DNA from: Antedon mediterranea
Taxonomy: Eukaryota > Animalia > Echinodermata
Assembly: GCF_964355755.1 (NCBI RefSeq)
Contig: NC_092679.1
Span: forward strand, 22,923,432 to 22,987,431
DNA length: 64,000 nt
Reading direction: 5' to 3'
This document shows positions 1-12,521 of the stretch, in pieces (position 1 is the first letter of the stretch; each line of letters opens with the position of its first letter). Both the position numbers and the translations under genes were made by a program. Below the pieces are notes generated by a model, which searched no databases, was not told the DNA's origin, and saw only the letters and a list, made by a program, of their open reading frames with translations.

Positions 1-1102
1 CAATATATAGCAACGTTACATTATTGACCTGATCAGAAAATTTATATCACAAAAGGAAGGAAGGGTCGTAAGGACAAATATGGATAGCTAGGCTCACACT
101 AGCCGTTCGCCAAGTCGGCAATTGCGATTGTGGATTCAATTTGGCGGAAAAAAATGCAGAGTGGCGAGTGTATTTTACCTGTGCTGAGGAGTAAAAAAAG
201 ACGTATAGTAATATTACATAAATGTACTGGAACTATAGATGCTTGGTGGTTAAACATGCTTGCCTTCCAATTCCAAAACTAGTGTCACAACTCTTTCTAC
301 TTTTAGACTTTTTTTTTAATGTTTATAATATAAGAATGATAATTATAGTTTATCCATCCTGTAATTGGCAAATTTCTCGCTGTTTGATAAATATAAAACA
401 AAATCCAAGTCCCTACTGCATCATTCTTCAACAATTTTGTTGATACTAATTTTAGTTTAATGGAAAAATCTTTTTTCAGGAAATTTTTTTTAAAAAATGT
501 GATGAATTCTGACATTGAAATTATCATTTTTGCGTCTGTCGAAAAAATAAAATAAATAGCTTATTCTTTAGTTTTTTTTTTAAATATTGATTTTTCGATT
601 TTTTTTTTTAAGATCATAACATTCACGTGAAGATTAAACAGCTTATACAAACAAGTCTATCCATCATTTTGACGTTCAATAACATAAAACATTTTAATTG
701 CACACGTACCTGTCCTTAATATCCATCAAAACATTTTCCCAATAGATTTAGTAAGTATTTATTAGTTATATAACATCCGATTAGATTCTTGCAATTTGGT
801 TGGACAATACAGGGTCATGTGACATCGTTATTTGGTAATTAGCACACAAGTGCATCCTTGCCATTGATTTGGTTAATTTTGTATCACGTGCCATGCTTTA
901 TTTTAACGATTGAAGGTACTTCAGCATGCTCAACTTTTCGCAAAAATTGTGAGAATTTTACGTGCTTTTGAATGATGAGTGATCGATCCAACTCACAAAC
1001 TAGCATACATTCAGCAAACGCTTTCTATATCTATTTTAAATTTAATTGCTTAACAATTTTAAACTTACTTTAATTAATAAACAATTAACATAATAGTAAA
1101 TA

Positions 1103-1284
1103 CAGTCAACTATCCAAATACCGGACACCTTTGGGCTAGCCAAATATGTCTGTCCAGAAAGTCTGGTATTTGGGATGTGTTTTTAATGGTAAAAATGAAT
1201 TTGGGACTGATTGGATTTCAAGAAAAGTCTGGTTTTGGGAGAATTTCTGGTTTTCAGAGAATCCGGTATTGGGATAGTTGACTG
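1103..1284. mobile_element. Tc1/mariner (pogo/Tigger-like) MITE
   Basis: TIRs CAGTCAACTATCCAAATACCGGA ... TCCGGTATTGGGATAGTTGACTG, with TA on both sides (1101-1102, 1285-1286). Degenerate relatives near 17614 and 60870-61060. Confidence 0.8.
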
Positions 1285-1643
1285 TAATGTTATAATAATC
1301 GCTAGTTTTAAATACCTCGTTCAGTTGGTGGCGCACTTTGACTTTGACCGTAACCCATTGGTGGTTTGAATGAGTTGGTATTCCCTGAAAGCGAAGCACG
1401 TTTCAACATGTCTAAATGCATTTGACGATAGGATCCACCTAAAAAGAATTTTAAAAAATATAAACATAAAACCCCATAATATTAAGATATAAACAAAAAT
1501 TGATTGCAAATAAAATCTCAAGTTCAAGTTCAAGTTAAAGTTTATTGTCAAATACAAAGTAAATGAAATTTGCCTTCAAAGGTTCAAATTACAATAAAAA
1601 TAACAACAGTCAAAAACATACAGTACTATACAATGGATAAGAT

Positions 1644-1799
1644 AATATACAGATATTGACTGCTTAGAGGTTAAATATAAGATTTGACATCCCCGAGGGA
1701 ATGATATTAAGTTTGAGGGAATATATATTTCCCGAAGCGCCACCGAGGGGATGTCAAATCTTATATTTAACCGATATAAAAGGCAATATCTGTTATATT
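1644..1799. mobile_element. Unclassified fold-back end of a non-autonomous DNA element (may extend to ~2393)
   Basis: GGTTAAATATAAGATTTGACATCCCC pairs with GGGGATGTCAAATCTTATATTTAACC. An inverted, degenerate second copy lies at ~32412-32580. Confidence 0.6.
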
Positions 1800-3436
1800 A
1801 TATACTGTAGCCAAGAACAAGTCTGCTGGGTTGGGTGAAGCTAGGCTAGGCCTCCTATAGTATTTGTATTGTATTGTATTTAAACAAGTCAGCCTGCCTA
1901 GACACCTTACCTTGCGAAGAATAATATACAGATAATTACTAATTAATGATTCCTTGGCAATAAAATATTCACTTAGGCCTAGGATAGGTCGTTTAAATTA
2001 ACAGAAGAATTTCCATCAATAAGCCTATTAAAAATAATAATATTATAATCAGGTAGGCCGAATAAACAATTCGTCTTCTTCTCAATCTTCGAGGAGCCGA
2101 ATCACCGGATGTTCAGCGCGTACTAGTTACTAGGTTACTACCGTGAGTATTGACCAATCACAAACGGTGTTTCATCACATTTAGGGTGGACTTATAACAA
2201 ATGAGGGCGCTATGTATGCATAGTTTAAAAATAGTTTAGATGATTAATTTCTTCAAGCAACTTCCGTGGCGCAGCGGTTGAAGCGTTGTCTTGCAATGGA
2301 GTGACAATTCCACCCGAGTTCAAGATCGAGTAGATGACTTTTGTTTATTTATCGGCAACGTGAGTGTTGGCACACGAAAATTACACAGTATATTATATTT
2401 CTTATATTGCACAGGGAACATATTCATCCGCCACAACACAACTGCTGATCAATTTTAGTAGAAAATCTAGTTTTTGGACTACTTTTTTATGTTTTATAAT
2501 GTAGTATACCATGATAAATAAATAAAGAATGACCCTATTAAATACCAGGTTCTGAATCAATTTGTTTTCATCGTTTTTTTGTTTGTTTGTTTTTTTTTTT
2601 TGGGGGGGGGGGGGGTTGGAATGTTGTCTCATTTCTTTAAAACCACAGTCAATATAATTTAACAGTTCAGTAAAACTGTCTTATTCATTGTCTCTTTATA
2701 ATTGATATGAAGTTGTCAACATTTGACAACTACTCAATTTCGTGTTCAGTCAGCGTCTTATTACAAATATTCCTGATGAATGACAAGAGACTATAATTTA
2801 TTATTATTATTATTAACCTATTACAGACCTGTGAAATCAATACAATGAAATTTATATTGCAACTTGACAAAGGTGTCTATAAAGTGAAGTTGTGTTAAAT
2901 AGGTTAATATCAGAAAATTGTAAAGCGCTTTTAAAATAAGTAATATTAATATAAAAAAATGTTATGTCATACATGAGATGATGGCTGACCGCTTGGTCAC
3001 TCATATAAAAAATGTATTTTTTATCAGAATGCTTGGTAAATTGTAGATCATATCAATAAATAAATTCTACTACAAGTAATATGATGCATGTGGCGGGCGT
3101 TTAATCAAGGAGGGCGGGGGAGGCATTTATTCCAAATGATGTTCTATGGGGAGGGGGGGCGTTCAAGGGAGGCGTTTATTCAAATATGATATATTAATAC
3201 TGTACTAATGATGTTGTTGGATGATGGGTCAGCTCAATTATAAACAATATGATAGCTGACCGCTGACCTCACTCTCCAAATATCTTATTTACCAATGTTT
3301 GCTGACCATTGGGTATCTCACTCACTAATATACCATGTTGGTGGATCACTGGGACACCTCACTAATGTACAATACCACCAGTACCAGCTGATCCTGTAAA
3401 ATAAACTACGGTAGATTTTTAAACAATTTACATTAC

Positions 3437-3590
3437 CTGTGTCAGGTGGCCTGTCGGCAGAGTTTACATTTTTATCCTTAGACCCGTGCCTTCGCCTGCC
3501 GGGTGCTGCCAACTCTGTCAGTCCGTGCGCATCAGTATCGATACTTCCCCACGTGTGACGTGTACGGTATGCATGCTTACCATCATCTTT
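3437..3590 (-). CDS. TOGARAM1: TOGARAM1 probable coding exon 2 (KDDGKHAY...DRPPDT); gene continues toward or beyond the window start
   Basis: Acceptor TTGTTTTCTTGCTTACACAG before 3590 and donor ACAG|GTAATG at 3437. Open in phase 0, matching the phase-0 end of exon 1. Low-complexity linker sequence, so there is no homology support. Confidence 0.65.
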
Positions 3591-4826
3591 CTGTGTAAGC
3601 AAGAAAACAAACATTTTTTGTGAAATACAGTTAAATTTGTTATAGTTATCATTCATCCATGACATTTTTCAAAGATTAAAAAATAATATTAACAGTAAAA
3701 AAACAGATTTATACTGCAGATTGTTATACTACAGTACACCACACACAATGAATGCAGAACAGTGGTAGTGCCACAATAAAAACAAGGATTTTTATCTTTA
3801 TCATTTTCATGTACTCTTAAAAATGTCTAATAATAACACCGGAGCTTCCAACCCCCATGGTAACAAATGGATGCTAGCGTTGCACACATGCAAATACAGT
3901 ACATATGACCACATCAGGCAAATTCTGGCACTCCACTCATGCAGATTATTACAAGATTATTATTTTCATTCCTCGCCTGTTTTTCCTGAATATGCTAATG
4001 ATGATTTGTCCAGGTATGTAGGTAGACAGATAAAGAAAAAAACTCTCATATTCCTTCTGTACAATTCCTTAACCTACATTAATCCATTTACAAACCGATT
4101 ACATCAATTATTCATCAAGTTATTGATTAAAGTAGATTGTCCACTCATGCTAAAGAAGGGAATGCAGCCTTCTGTTTACAAACTATCTAAATTAATGCAG
4201 GCCTGTCTATCTAGGCATTTCATTTTTAGCAAAGATCTTATTAGCCAATTAGGTAGATGGGGTTGGAGAAACCACCCTAATTATTCAAAGCTCAAAAGGC
4301 TGCTGATCGGTTAATTAGATGCTTCTTTTGGGGCAATAAGGGACAGAGGTGTCAAGAGAGTGAAAGCAATTCAGATGCACCCCTACTGTTCAATACCATT
4401 ACCCAACAACACACAATTTACACACAAATGTTATTGTTAATCCATGTTTCAACCCTGTAGAAAATAACAAAAATTCATATTTTTAAAACCAATAAATTGT
4501 TTATGTTTTTGAGGAACAGACTCAATAAAACGTTTTTCAAAATTCTGCATTTATCAAACTTTAAGTATGAGTAATTTGTTTAATATGGGTTGCTTAGTGA
4601 TTAAAAACCTCAACAACACAATTTTGTAATCTCAGTTTTAAAAAATCAATATAAATCAATAGTTAAGCAATAAAAGCTAGTCTATGGCTTCTTCCAATGA
4701 ACTTGTAGTTGGCTTAATTAGGATTCATTTTTAGGCCATACAAAGCAATGTAAAACATGTGACGCTTGTATGTTGTTAAAGGTTAGAGGTCTCCAGTTCC
4801 AAGAATGGCTGTTAATGATACTGTAT

Positions 4827-5608
4827 AACAGACTTCACAGAGTACCATATGAACAGACTTCACAGAGTACCATATGAACAGACTTCACAGAGTACCATAT
4901 GAACAGACTTCACAGAGTACCATATGAACAGACTTCACAGAGTACCATATGAACAGACTTCACAGAGTACAATATGAACAGACTTCACAGAGTACCATAT
5001 GAACAGACTTCTTCACAGAGTACCATATGAACAGACTTCACAGAGTACCATATGAACAGACTTCACAGAGTACCATATGAACAGACTTCACAGAGTACAA
5101 TATGAACAGACTTCACAGAGTACAATATGAACAGACTTCACAGAGTACAATATGAACAGACTTCACAGAGTACCATATGAACAGACTTCACAGAGTACAA
5201 TATGAACAGACTTCACAGAGTACAATATAAACAGACTTCACAGAGTACAATATGAACAGACTTCACAGAGTACAATATGAACAGACTTCACAGAGTACCA
5301 TATGAACAGACTTCAAAGAGTACAATATGAACAGACTTCACAGAGTACAATATGAACAGACTTCACAGAGTACAATATGAACAGACTTCACAGAGTACAA
5401 TATGAACAGACTTCACAGAGTACCACATGAACAGACTTCACAGAGTACAATATGAACAGACTTCACAGAGTACAATATAAACAGACTTCACAGAGTACAA
5501 TATGAACAGACTTCACAGAGTACAATATGAACAGACTTCACAGAGTACCATATGAACAGACTTCAAAGAGTACAATATGAACAGACTTCACAGAGTACCA
5601 TATGAACA
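4827..5608. repeat. 25-bp minisatellite, ~31 copies, in TOGARAM1 intron 1
   Basis: Unit AACAGACTTCACAGAGTAC(C/A)ATATG repeated in tandem. Confidence 0.97.
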
Positions 5609-7581
5609 ATATGTTTTTCATTTCTTCTGAAAATTGTTTGGCAATGCATACAGTACTGTAACAAATTTTCCCAAAAAATTTATTGGGCTTTTATTTATTT
5701 GGAGCTGTTATTATTATGGTTACAGTATTTATTAGTAAATTAAGTGCCCACTTGATTTTGTCTTTGTTAAAATTTACAGGATATTAAGTAAAGTAAACAA
5801 TACTCAAGATTTCACTTGAATCACATACAAAAGCTACCTCCAAGCTGTTACCGTTTAAACAATGAATGAAATTTCCTTGAGAAATATGAATGCACAGTAC
5901 AAACGGGCCGGATACCTTTGACTTTCTTTGATTTTCTGATGCGGATAATTTAAAATGTGTCTCTATACAGTATGTGGTTATGATACTCTGTATCTTAAAG
6001 ATGTATTGTCACCCTTTCACATAATAGTTAACCACTTTGAACAAAAAGTGAATCGAAAAAAAAAAAATTATTTACCTGAAAAATGTTTAATTTAAAGCAA
6101 AAAATAATCAAATTGGCTGCCAGCCAATGGATTTTTTAATTTTTTTTTTTTTTATTTTATAATAATAATTAGTTTTTACGGAAGTGATTAACTTTAAAAC
6201 TGAACAAATCAACATCCACAATTGAATTAAGATAAATTTCAATGTACTCTGGTAAGCTACGGTACTGTAGAATGGTCATTACAGTATGTTGTATGTTATT
6301 TCCATCACCACTATACAACTAACTGTGTCAGTAAACTGTTTATCGATTTTAAATATAAAAGAAACCGACATACGGAGCCATCTATTTGGGTCAATACGGC
6401 AAGGATACATTGTTCAGTTTAATTATTATCGCATAAATTAACACGGTAATTAACTAGATTTAATAGAGCAATTAGGCCTGGTCTTTGACAGTCTAATAAT
6501 GTTCTGACAGACACTTTTTTCTTTAAGAATTAATTCATAATTATTAATTACTAATTACATGCAATTTCTAATGATGAGTCCATGACTTTTCAATTCCTTT
6601 AATATAAAAGCGATCTGAAATAATAAAAGATCGATACAGTGGTACAGTAGGTAAACAATAAATTGTAGTAGAAATGATGTTTTTCTTCTTTTTGTTTAAA
6701 GATAAATATGTAACTACAGGAAAGAAAGATTTATATTCTTCAATGTTTTCATCTTTCTTTCCATGACATTTTAATGAAAAGTCACATTTTCTATGACTTT
6801 CCAGGCCTGGAAAATATTCTGGAAAAATGTCAGATTTTCACTAGCCCAATCGAAAATTGCATATTTAAATTGATTGGTTCTTAAACTGTTTGTCGCATGT
6901 TGATTGTGGATGATTTACAGGTAATAACATCTTTGGCAAATCATGAAAATCAGTAATTGGAATTGTGCGTGTATTATATTTTCTAAATTAAAGTACATCA
7001 ATTTAAGTGTCGTGCAAAATCAACTCCTGTGCACCAACCTGAGAAAAATGGTAATTATAGAAAACATCACCTGATCATGGATATAAAGACAGATAGTGTG
7101 AATAATATTATTTAAACGCTTTGTACAACAAGGACAAAAAATAAATTACAGCCTTCAAATTTCAAATTTACTGTTTATTCAGGGAAAATTTCATTTAAAA
7201 ATTTTGTTTAGCAATATTGCTAATCAAACTGATTTGTAAGTCGAGAAACATAGTTTTGTATTGTTTTTTTTGCTACACAATATTAGAAATGTGTAGCGCA
7301 AAGGTTGTTTTGTATAGGTTTTTGCTATGCTACACTGGCGAAAATGTTTCTGTAATGTTTTTGGGCTACATACAGGTTTTTACAACTCCAAATATCTTAT
7401 GAGTTTTGTAGACAAAAATGTACACCTATATAGTAAATAAAGAGAATTAAACAGGTTGTTTATGCTGAAGAATTCTGCTGCCATGGATATGGTAATTTAT
7501 TCGCACAATATTGTAACTGGCTATTTGCTTGTTGGATATCATTATACAAAAAACATAAACTGTTAGACAACATGTTAGTTA

Positions 7582-7794
7582 GGGATCATGTTGTAATCTA
7601 CTACAGCAGTAATACTCACTGCTGTAACTGTTCTTTGTATCTTTGTAATGTATTAAAAATTAATTTGATGAGGCAGTCACTGCAATAAACATTGATTTAA
7701 ATTACATAAACAGGTAAAGAGTTACTGTAGTAAGTTTGACTGTAAAATGTAGTTACTGCAGTAAAGTGCAGTAAAATAATTTTGATATGGTTCC
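7582..7794. mobile_element. PIF/Harbinger (Tourist)-like MITE, degenerate
   Basis: GGGATCATG ... ATATGGTTCC ends with TTA on both sides and internal TACTGCAGTA motifs. Same family as 14620-14872 and ~50090-50330. Confidence 0.6.
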
Positions 7795-8186
7795 TTAATG
7801 AAAGTATTTGATTGCCGAATGTATTAAATAACTAAATAAAAAGAACTGCAGTATTGTCTATCATAATACAAAAAAGAAAATTTTCAGGTATATTTGGTCA
7901 TGTTCAATCTGCATTTTAAAGCATGTTTTCTCCAGGAGTATTAATAGCACAAAGGAAGCCAGCAGACACCAGTAAAAACATGGATTTGTTTAAGCCAAAC
8001 ATGGTATGGTATTATTTCACCTACTGTACTGTACACACACTATTATAATATCTCTATAGGCGCATAAAGACCTATGGTGATCATCGAGCATTTGCTTTGG
8101 GACAACCGGTTGATTGTTTTAAAAAAGCGCTATATAAATTTGACATCATTAACATTACCGTACACTATAGATGAATAAAGCCTTAC

Positions 8187-10094
8187 CTGGTGACTTGGTG
8201 CACTATTTGCGTGCGTTCTGTCGCTTTGACTTCCATTCACAAGAGGGTTCTTATTATCATTTTCATCTTGCCATAGTAACTTGTCCCTTCCTTTACCTGC
8301 ACTAGAGAAGCGTACCAGAGGAGCCTCCGACAGTTCAGCTAATTCCAATGGGTGATCAAACGTTCGTTCTCTAGTAGGAGTCTGCGTGGTCCCGCCAGCA
8401 GCTTTCATTATCCATAAAATATCATAACTACACGACGACGTTGCTCTCGTCGTCGCTGATACTGGCATTATCGGAGCGTATTCGACCAATCCGTCATCCC
8501 GTAGTTTGGGCAGTTGTCGGCGAGCAAGTCTCGACTGAACAGCTCGCATAACCCCATCCTCATCCATTTGTAATTCCACTTGATCGACAGCCGTAATAAG
8601 TGGAGCGATTCTGGATGGACCCATCGCGGATGCTAGCACAGCGCATACTTCCAAAGATGGCTGCCGTACTCTTCGCTTTGAATCACTAAGTGTTGGCGCG
8701 ATCTCTCTAGATAGTTCGCCAAGATCAAATTCGTTACTTGGAAATTTCAAAAGCGCTGCGATCGTTATATTCAATACGCCCTCACGAATGCTAGACTTCT
8801 TGTTCTGTAAGCTTTCGAAAAGCACGACTAGAACGGGTTGCGGTGAAAGTATTTGCATCAATTGCATCATGATTTGCATTATAGTTTGTCGAACAACAAC
8901 CATTGCGTCGCCAAATTTTTTACTTAACGCATTTATTAGTAATTTCAAGAACGGTTTAATATCCATTTTTAATTTGTTCACCAACACTTGGAAAATATCT
9001 AACGCGCCCTGAACAACTTTGAAATTAGTATCGTCTAAGAGATTACAAATAAAGCCGACAATAGTTTGAAATTCTTGCATAATCCTGGTGTTGTCGGGAA
9101 AGTCCTGCAATACAGAGCGGAGTTCCCCTACTCCTTTGAAGCGAACCTTCCATTCTTCATCTGATAATTGTCTTGTCAGTGCGTCGGTCAGAATCACTAC
9201 ATCATGATTGAATTTATTTGATTGTCTGACCAAAACACGAATTCGTTTAGATGAATCTGCTGATGGCGGTACGGAATTTGAAATATCAATTTCTGAAATA
9301 TCACTACGTGCACTTGATATACTCGCTCTACTTGACTTACGATAGTACGCCTGCCGCACTGGCGGCGTAAATTTATCTACGTATGAACAGAACTCATCTT
9401 CGCCAACCAAATTTTGTACGCGTTCTAAAGTACATCTTACAATTTCTGAATTTTCTCTATTATTGTCTGACAATTTACGAGCTAATGAATGAGAAACGCT
9501 CGACAAGTCTTCTTTTGCGAACTCGGGAGTTAATAACATTGGTAGTAGTTTAGTAGTTTCGGTTCTAATATTAGGATCTTCACTCTCCAGTCCATAAATT
9601 ACAACTGCGTTCAAAATTTGCCGTACATTTTGCGTATTTTTCATGTAAACATGAATAGTTTGAATTACCGATTTTCTTACTGTAACTTTAGTATCGCCAA
9701 GATTGCTGATTAACTGTGGTAAAACGTAGGCCATGCATTTATCGAGCTCACTATTCAAATGAGGTATTACGTCCGAAATAAGTTGTATACTTTCATGTCT
9801 GACATCCCAGTCAGAGTCAACAAGAATGGTCTGTAATCGTTTGAAAAATATTGAGCAGTCCTGAAAAGGTAATTGTCCATCATTACTGTGTATGCTGCTA
9901 CGTAATGAATTTAAAACCTCAGTTTTGTGAAATGAATTGTTATCTTCTAACCGATGAAGAATCTCATTCTCTTCCATGCTTTGAGAAGATTTTAAATCAC
10001 CTATCATTTGTCGATGATCGCCTCGATGGTCCTCACGAAGAACATCACGGTCGCCGAGATTGTGTACGTTTGGCCTGGCAACCGTTCCGGCCAT
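8187..10094 (-). CDS. TOGARAM1: TOG array regulator of axonemal microtubules 1 (crescerin/FAM179B/CHE-12), first coding exon, 636 codons, TOG1 and TOG2 HEAT arrays
   Basis: HEAT/TOG motifs (DSDWDVRHES, EEWKVRFKGV, LDDTNFKVV, DSKRRVRQ, AVQSRLARRQLPKL..GLVEY) match crescerin as recalled. First ATG at 10094; the ORF track starts at an upstream TTG. Donor CAG|GTAAGG at 8187, phase 0. Confidence 0.9.
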
Positions 10095-10270
10095 CAAACA
10101 GTCATTCAATTAAGCTTTAAACAGCAACATTGAAACATTTAACATTAGATAATTTCCATGTTTACTCCAATATTTAATGCTCACACTATAAACTCGTCCT
10201 AGAAAGACGTTAATAATATATAATTTAGATATTTAGATCAACAAAAACCGAGTTTGGTTGCGTTGTGTCA

Positions 10271-10307
10271 GTTTACATGGTGAAAATGGCTGCCGTGGTC
10301 ACGTGAC
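10271..10307. promoter_or_regulatory. Probable TOGARAM1 proximal promoter motifs
   Basis: Imperfect X-box-like GTTTACATGGTGAA, YY1-like AAAATGGC (10283-10290) and USF/TFE-type E-box GGTCACGTGAC (10297-10307), about 200 bp upstream of the ATG. Confidence 0.45.
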
Positions 10308-11209
10308 TTAAAGTGGTTGACACAAAGGTCAACACTTCTTCCGATCCCAATACAAACTGAGATGTCACTTTTCATTCAATGTGATTACACAGACGTTTAA
10401 TTGTGTTAGAATAATAAGACTAATTTAATTAATGATTGACAAGCTAATAATAACTATGGAAGGATCATAGTAGTCTTTAATCAACTCTTGAATCAAAGTA
10501 ACTTATTTGAAAATAGATTAGTGTATCCATGGTATCATTATATGTGTAGGCCTATTTATTGTTTTTACATTATTTATCATATTTTTTTCTATTCCATATT
10601 TTGGAACACTGATTTTATTAGGTCTATTTATTGTACACTCACTAAACTATTAATTACTGTAAAGATGCATTGTGCCACAAACAAGAAATAAAGAACTTTA
10701 TAATTGTATGCCTATCAGTGTCACGGCGTTTTAATTTTTGCCACAAACAATTATTATTTTTAAAGAAATAAAATAAACAGTTAAATTCAACCAAAATACC
10801 AATGACTTCCAGACCAACGGGCTTCCAGTTGACCCGATTTCTTTAAATTAGGTTTATCAGCTGGTAATTGTTTGTTTCGATCTAATCTTTGGTGAAAGTG
10901 AATAAATTATGCATACTTTTTAAAGAGAGGCAATGATATAATAATAATAATAACGTTAAGTTGGTATCGTTATCGCCGGTATGAAGCTAGCCTATATAAT
11001 AATTAATATACATATTAAATATTAATACTGTACTAATAATAAAATGACAACTCCGTGGATGATTGGCAGTTCATCACCAATTATCAGTTTACGGTAGGCC
11101 TACAAATCCCTTGTCATAAGCATTACCAATTTAAAGGTAAATGAAACTAATCTTTGATTGAATTGATTATCTCACACGATCTCACCTATTTATATACGGG
11201 CCGCTTGTA

Positions 11210-11222
11210 GTTGCCAAGCAAC
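11210..11222. promoter_or_regulatory. RFX X-box
   Basis: GTTGCCAAGCAAC fits GTTGCC-N-RGCAAC, 1.1 kb upstream of a ciliary gene. Confidence 0.55.
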
Positions 11223-12207
11223 TTGTCTAAAACACGACAGATTCGTGTTTGTGTCACTTTCGAGTATGACAAACACTGGAAGTAGTAACACATGAGGATG
11301 TGTCCATAATAATACAAGAGAAAGTTACGTAATATGATCAGAGTTCAGTTTATGTTTTCTGAAATCTGTAATATATTGAAAAATAAATATAATGGCATAT
11401 AGTTTACTTAAAATTTAACTTTTAAATTTCATTTTGTGGCGTGTTCACCGCGAATGACTAACAATACCACCCTTCCCATTACACCTGCACAAACTAATTT
11501 GCATTAACAACCCACACGGATACCAAACTGTTATAATGACAACTTCACTTCGCCGAATAATCCCCTCTTCTTGTACAACTTAATTCGGTTGTTTTAATAG
11601 TTACACGACAATGTCACACAATAGTCACTAATTGACAACAACAAATATTTATATACATTTGTTTTCTTCAAATAAACTAGATTATGTTGGGGACAATCAT
11701 CTCATATGTATGTTGAAAACGGCCCAAAAGATTAAAAATTAAAATTGTATCTTTTATTTATTTTATTTTATTTAACCCCATTCAAGAATGGAGACAAACT
11801 ATCTGCTTAAAACATGTTTATTTGATCTGGGACGGTGCGGCCGGCCATACACGCCAACTACCATAAACTTTTATTCATAACATATTAGTAGGCCTACAAT
11901 ACAATATCTTGCATGAAACGGATATTTAAAAAATACAGTACAGTGTGGAACGGTAGAATTATAATGTTAATGTAAAAGATTAACAAAATAAAAATTGAAC
12001 AGTGTAGTGTGTTGATCGCGAATGACAATACCATCTACCCCATAGCACATGTGCACACTCATTTGCATAACAACGAACGGCATACCAACGATGAGATATA
12101 AATTCTCTTCTAAAGACGTAAGAAGAGAATTCCTTTTTATTAAACATTAAATTAAATTGAGGGCGCTAAACATAAAATTTAAGCCATCAAAGCAGTTGGC
12201 GAGAGCC

Positions 12208-12468
12208 AAAAAAAAAAGATGGTAAATGTGCTCTCCCTGCCTCAGCACTAAGGCCCTGCCACAGCCTTTTGGGGTCGTTCCCACCACATCACCAGATGCA
12301 TTGATGTTGTCGCCTCATGATGTGTGGTGGAAAGGGGGACGTATGATCTGTGAACCCCAAACACAGTGGCTCGCATAGCCTTAACTCTATTCCACCGACC
12401 AGCGTGGGAATCGAACCCACGACCTACGTGTTGTTAACACGACGCTCAGACAACTGAGCTAACTGATC
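12208..12468 (-). mobile_element. tRNA-derived SINE with a tRNA-Ile-like head (12396-12468)
   Basis: Minus strand reads GATCAGTTAGCTCAGTTGTCTGAGCGTCGTGTTAACAACACGTAGGTCGTGGGTTCGATTCCCACGCTGGTC, with A box, B box and cloverleaf. It is followed by a ~180-bp GC-richer body and a T-run. Confidence 0.7.
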
Positions 12469-12521
12469 ATATTGGTTTTAGCACGGTTAATAGGATATTA
12501 ATGACGTAATGATGAATTACG

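Noticed and set aside
2262-2342. tRNA gene
   Set aside because: An A-box-like TGGCGCAGCGG is present, but the B box is poor and there is no cloverleaf; probably a repeat fragment.
3362-3393. Short terminal exon (GSAGTGGIVH*) after TOGARAM1 exon 2
   Set aside because: It would need a 43-nt intron and would drop the C-terminal TOG domains.
3823-4314. 163-aa plus-strand ORF
   Set aside because: No recognisable domain, intron-like composition, and antisense within a TOGARAM1 intron.
8130-10109. 659-aa single-exon TOG protein as given in the ORF track
   Set aside because: The track uses a TTG start and reads past the donor at 8187; the real unit is exon 8187-10094.
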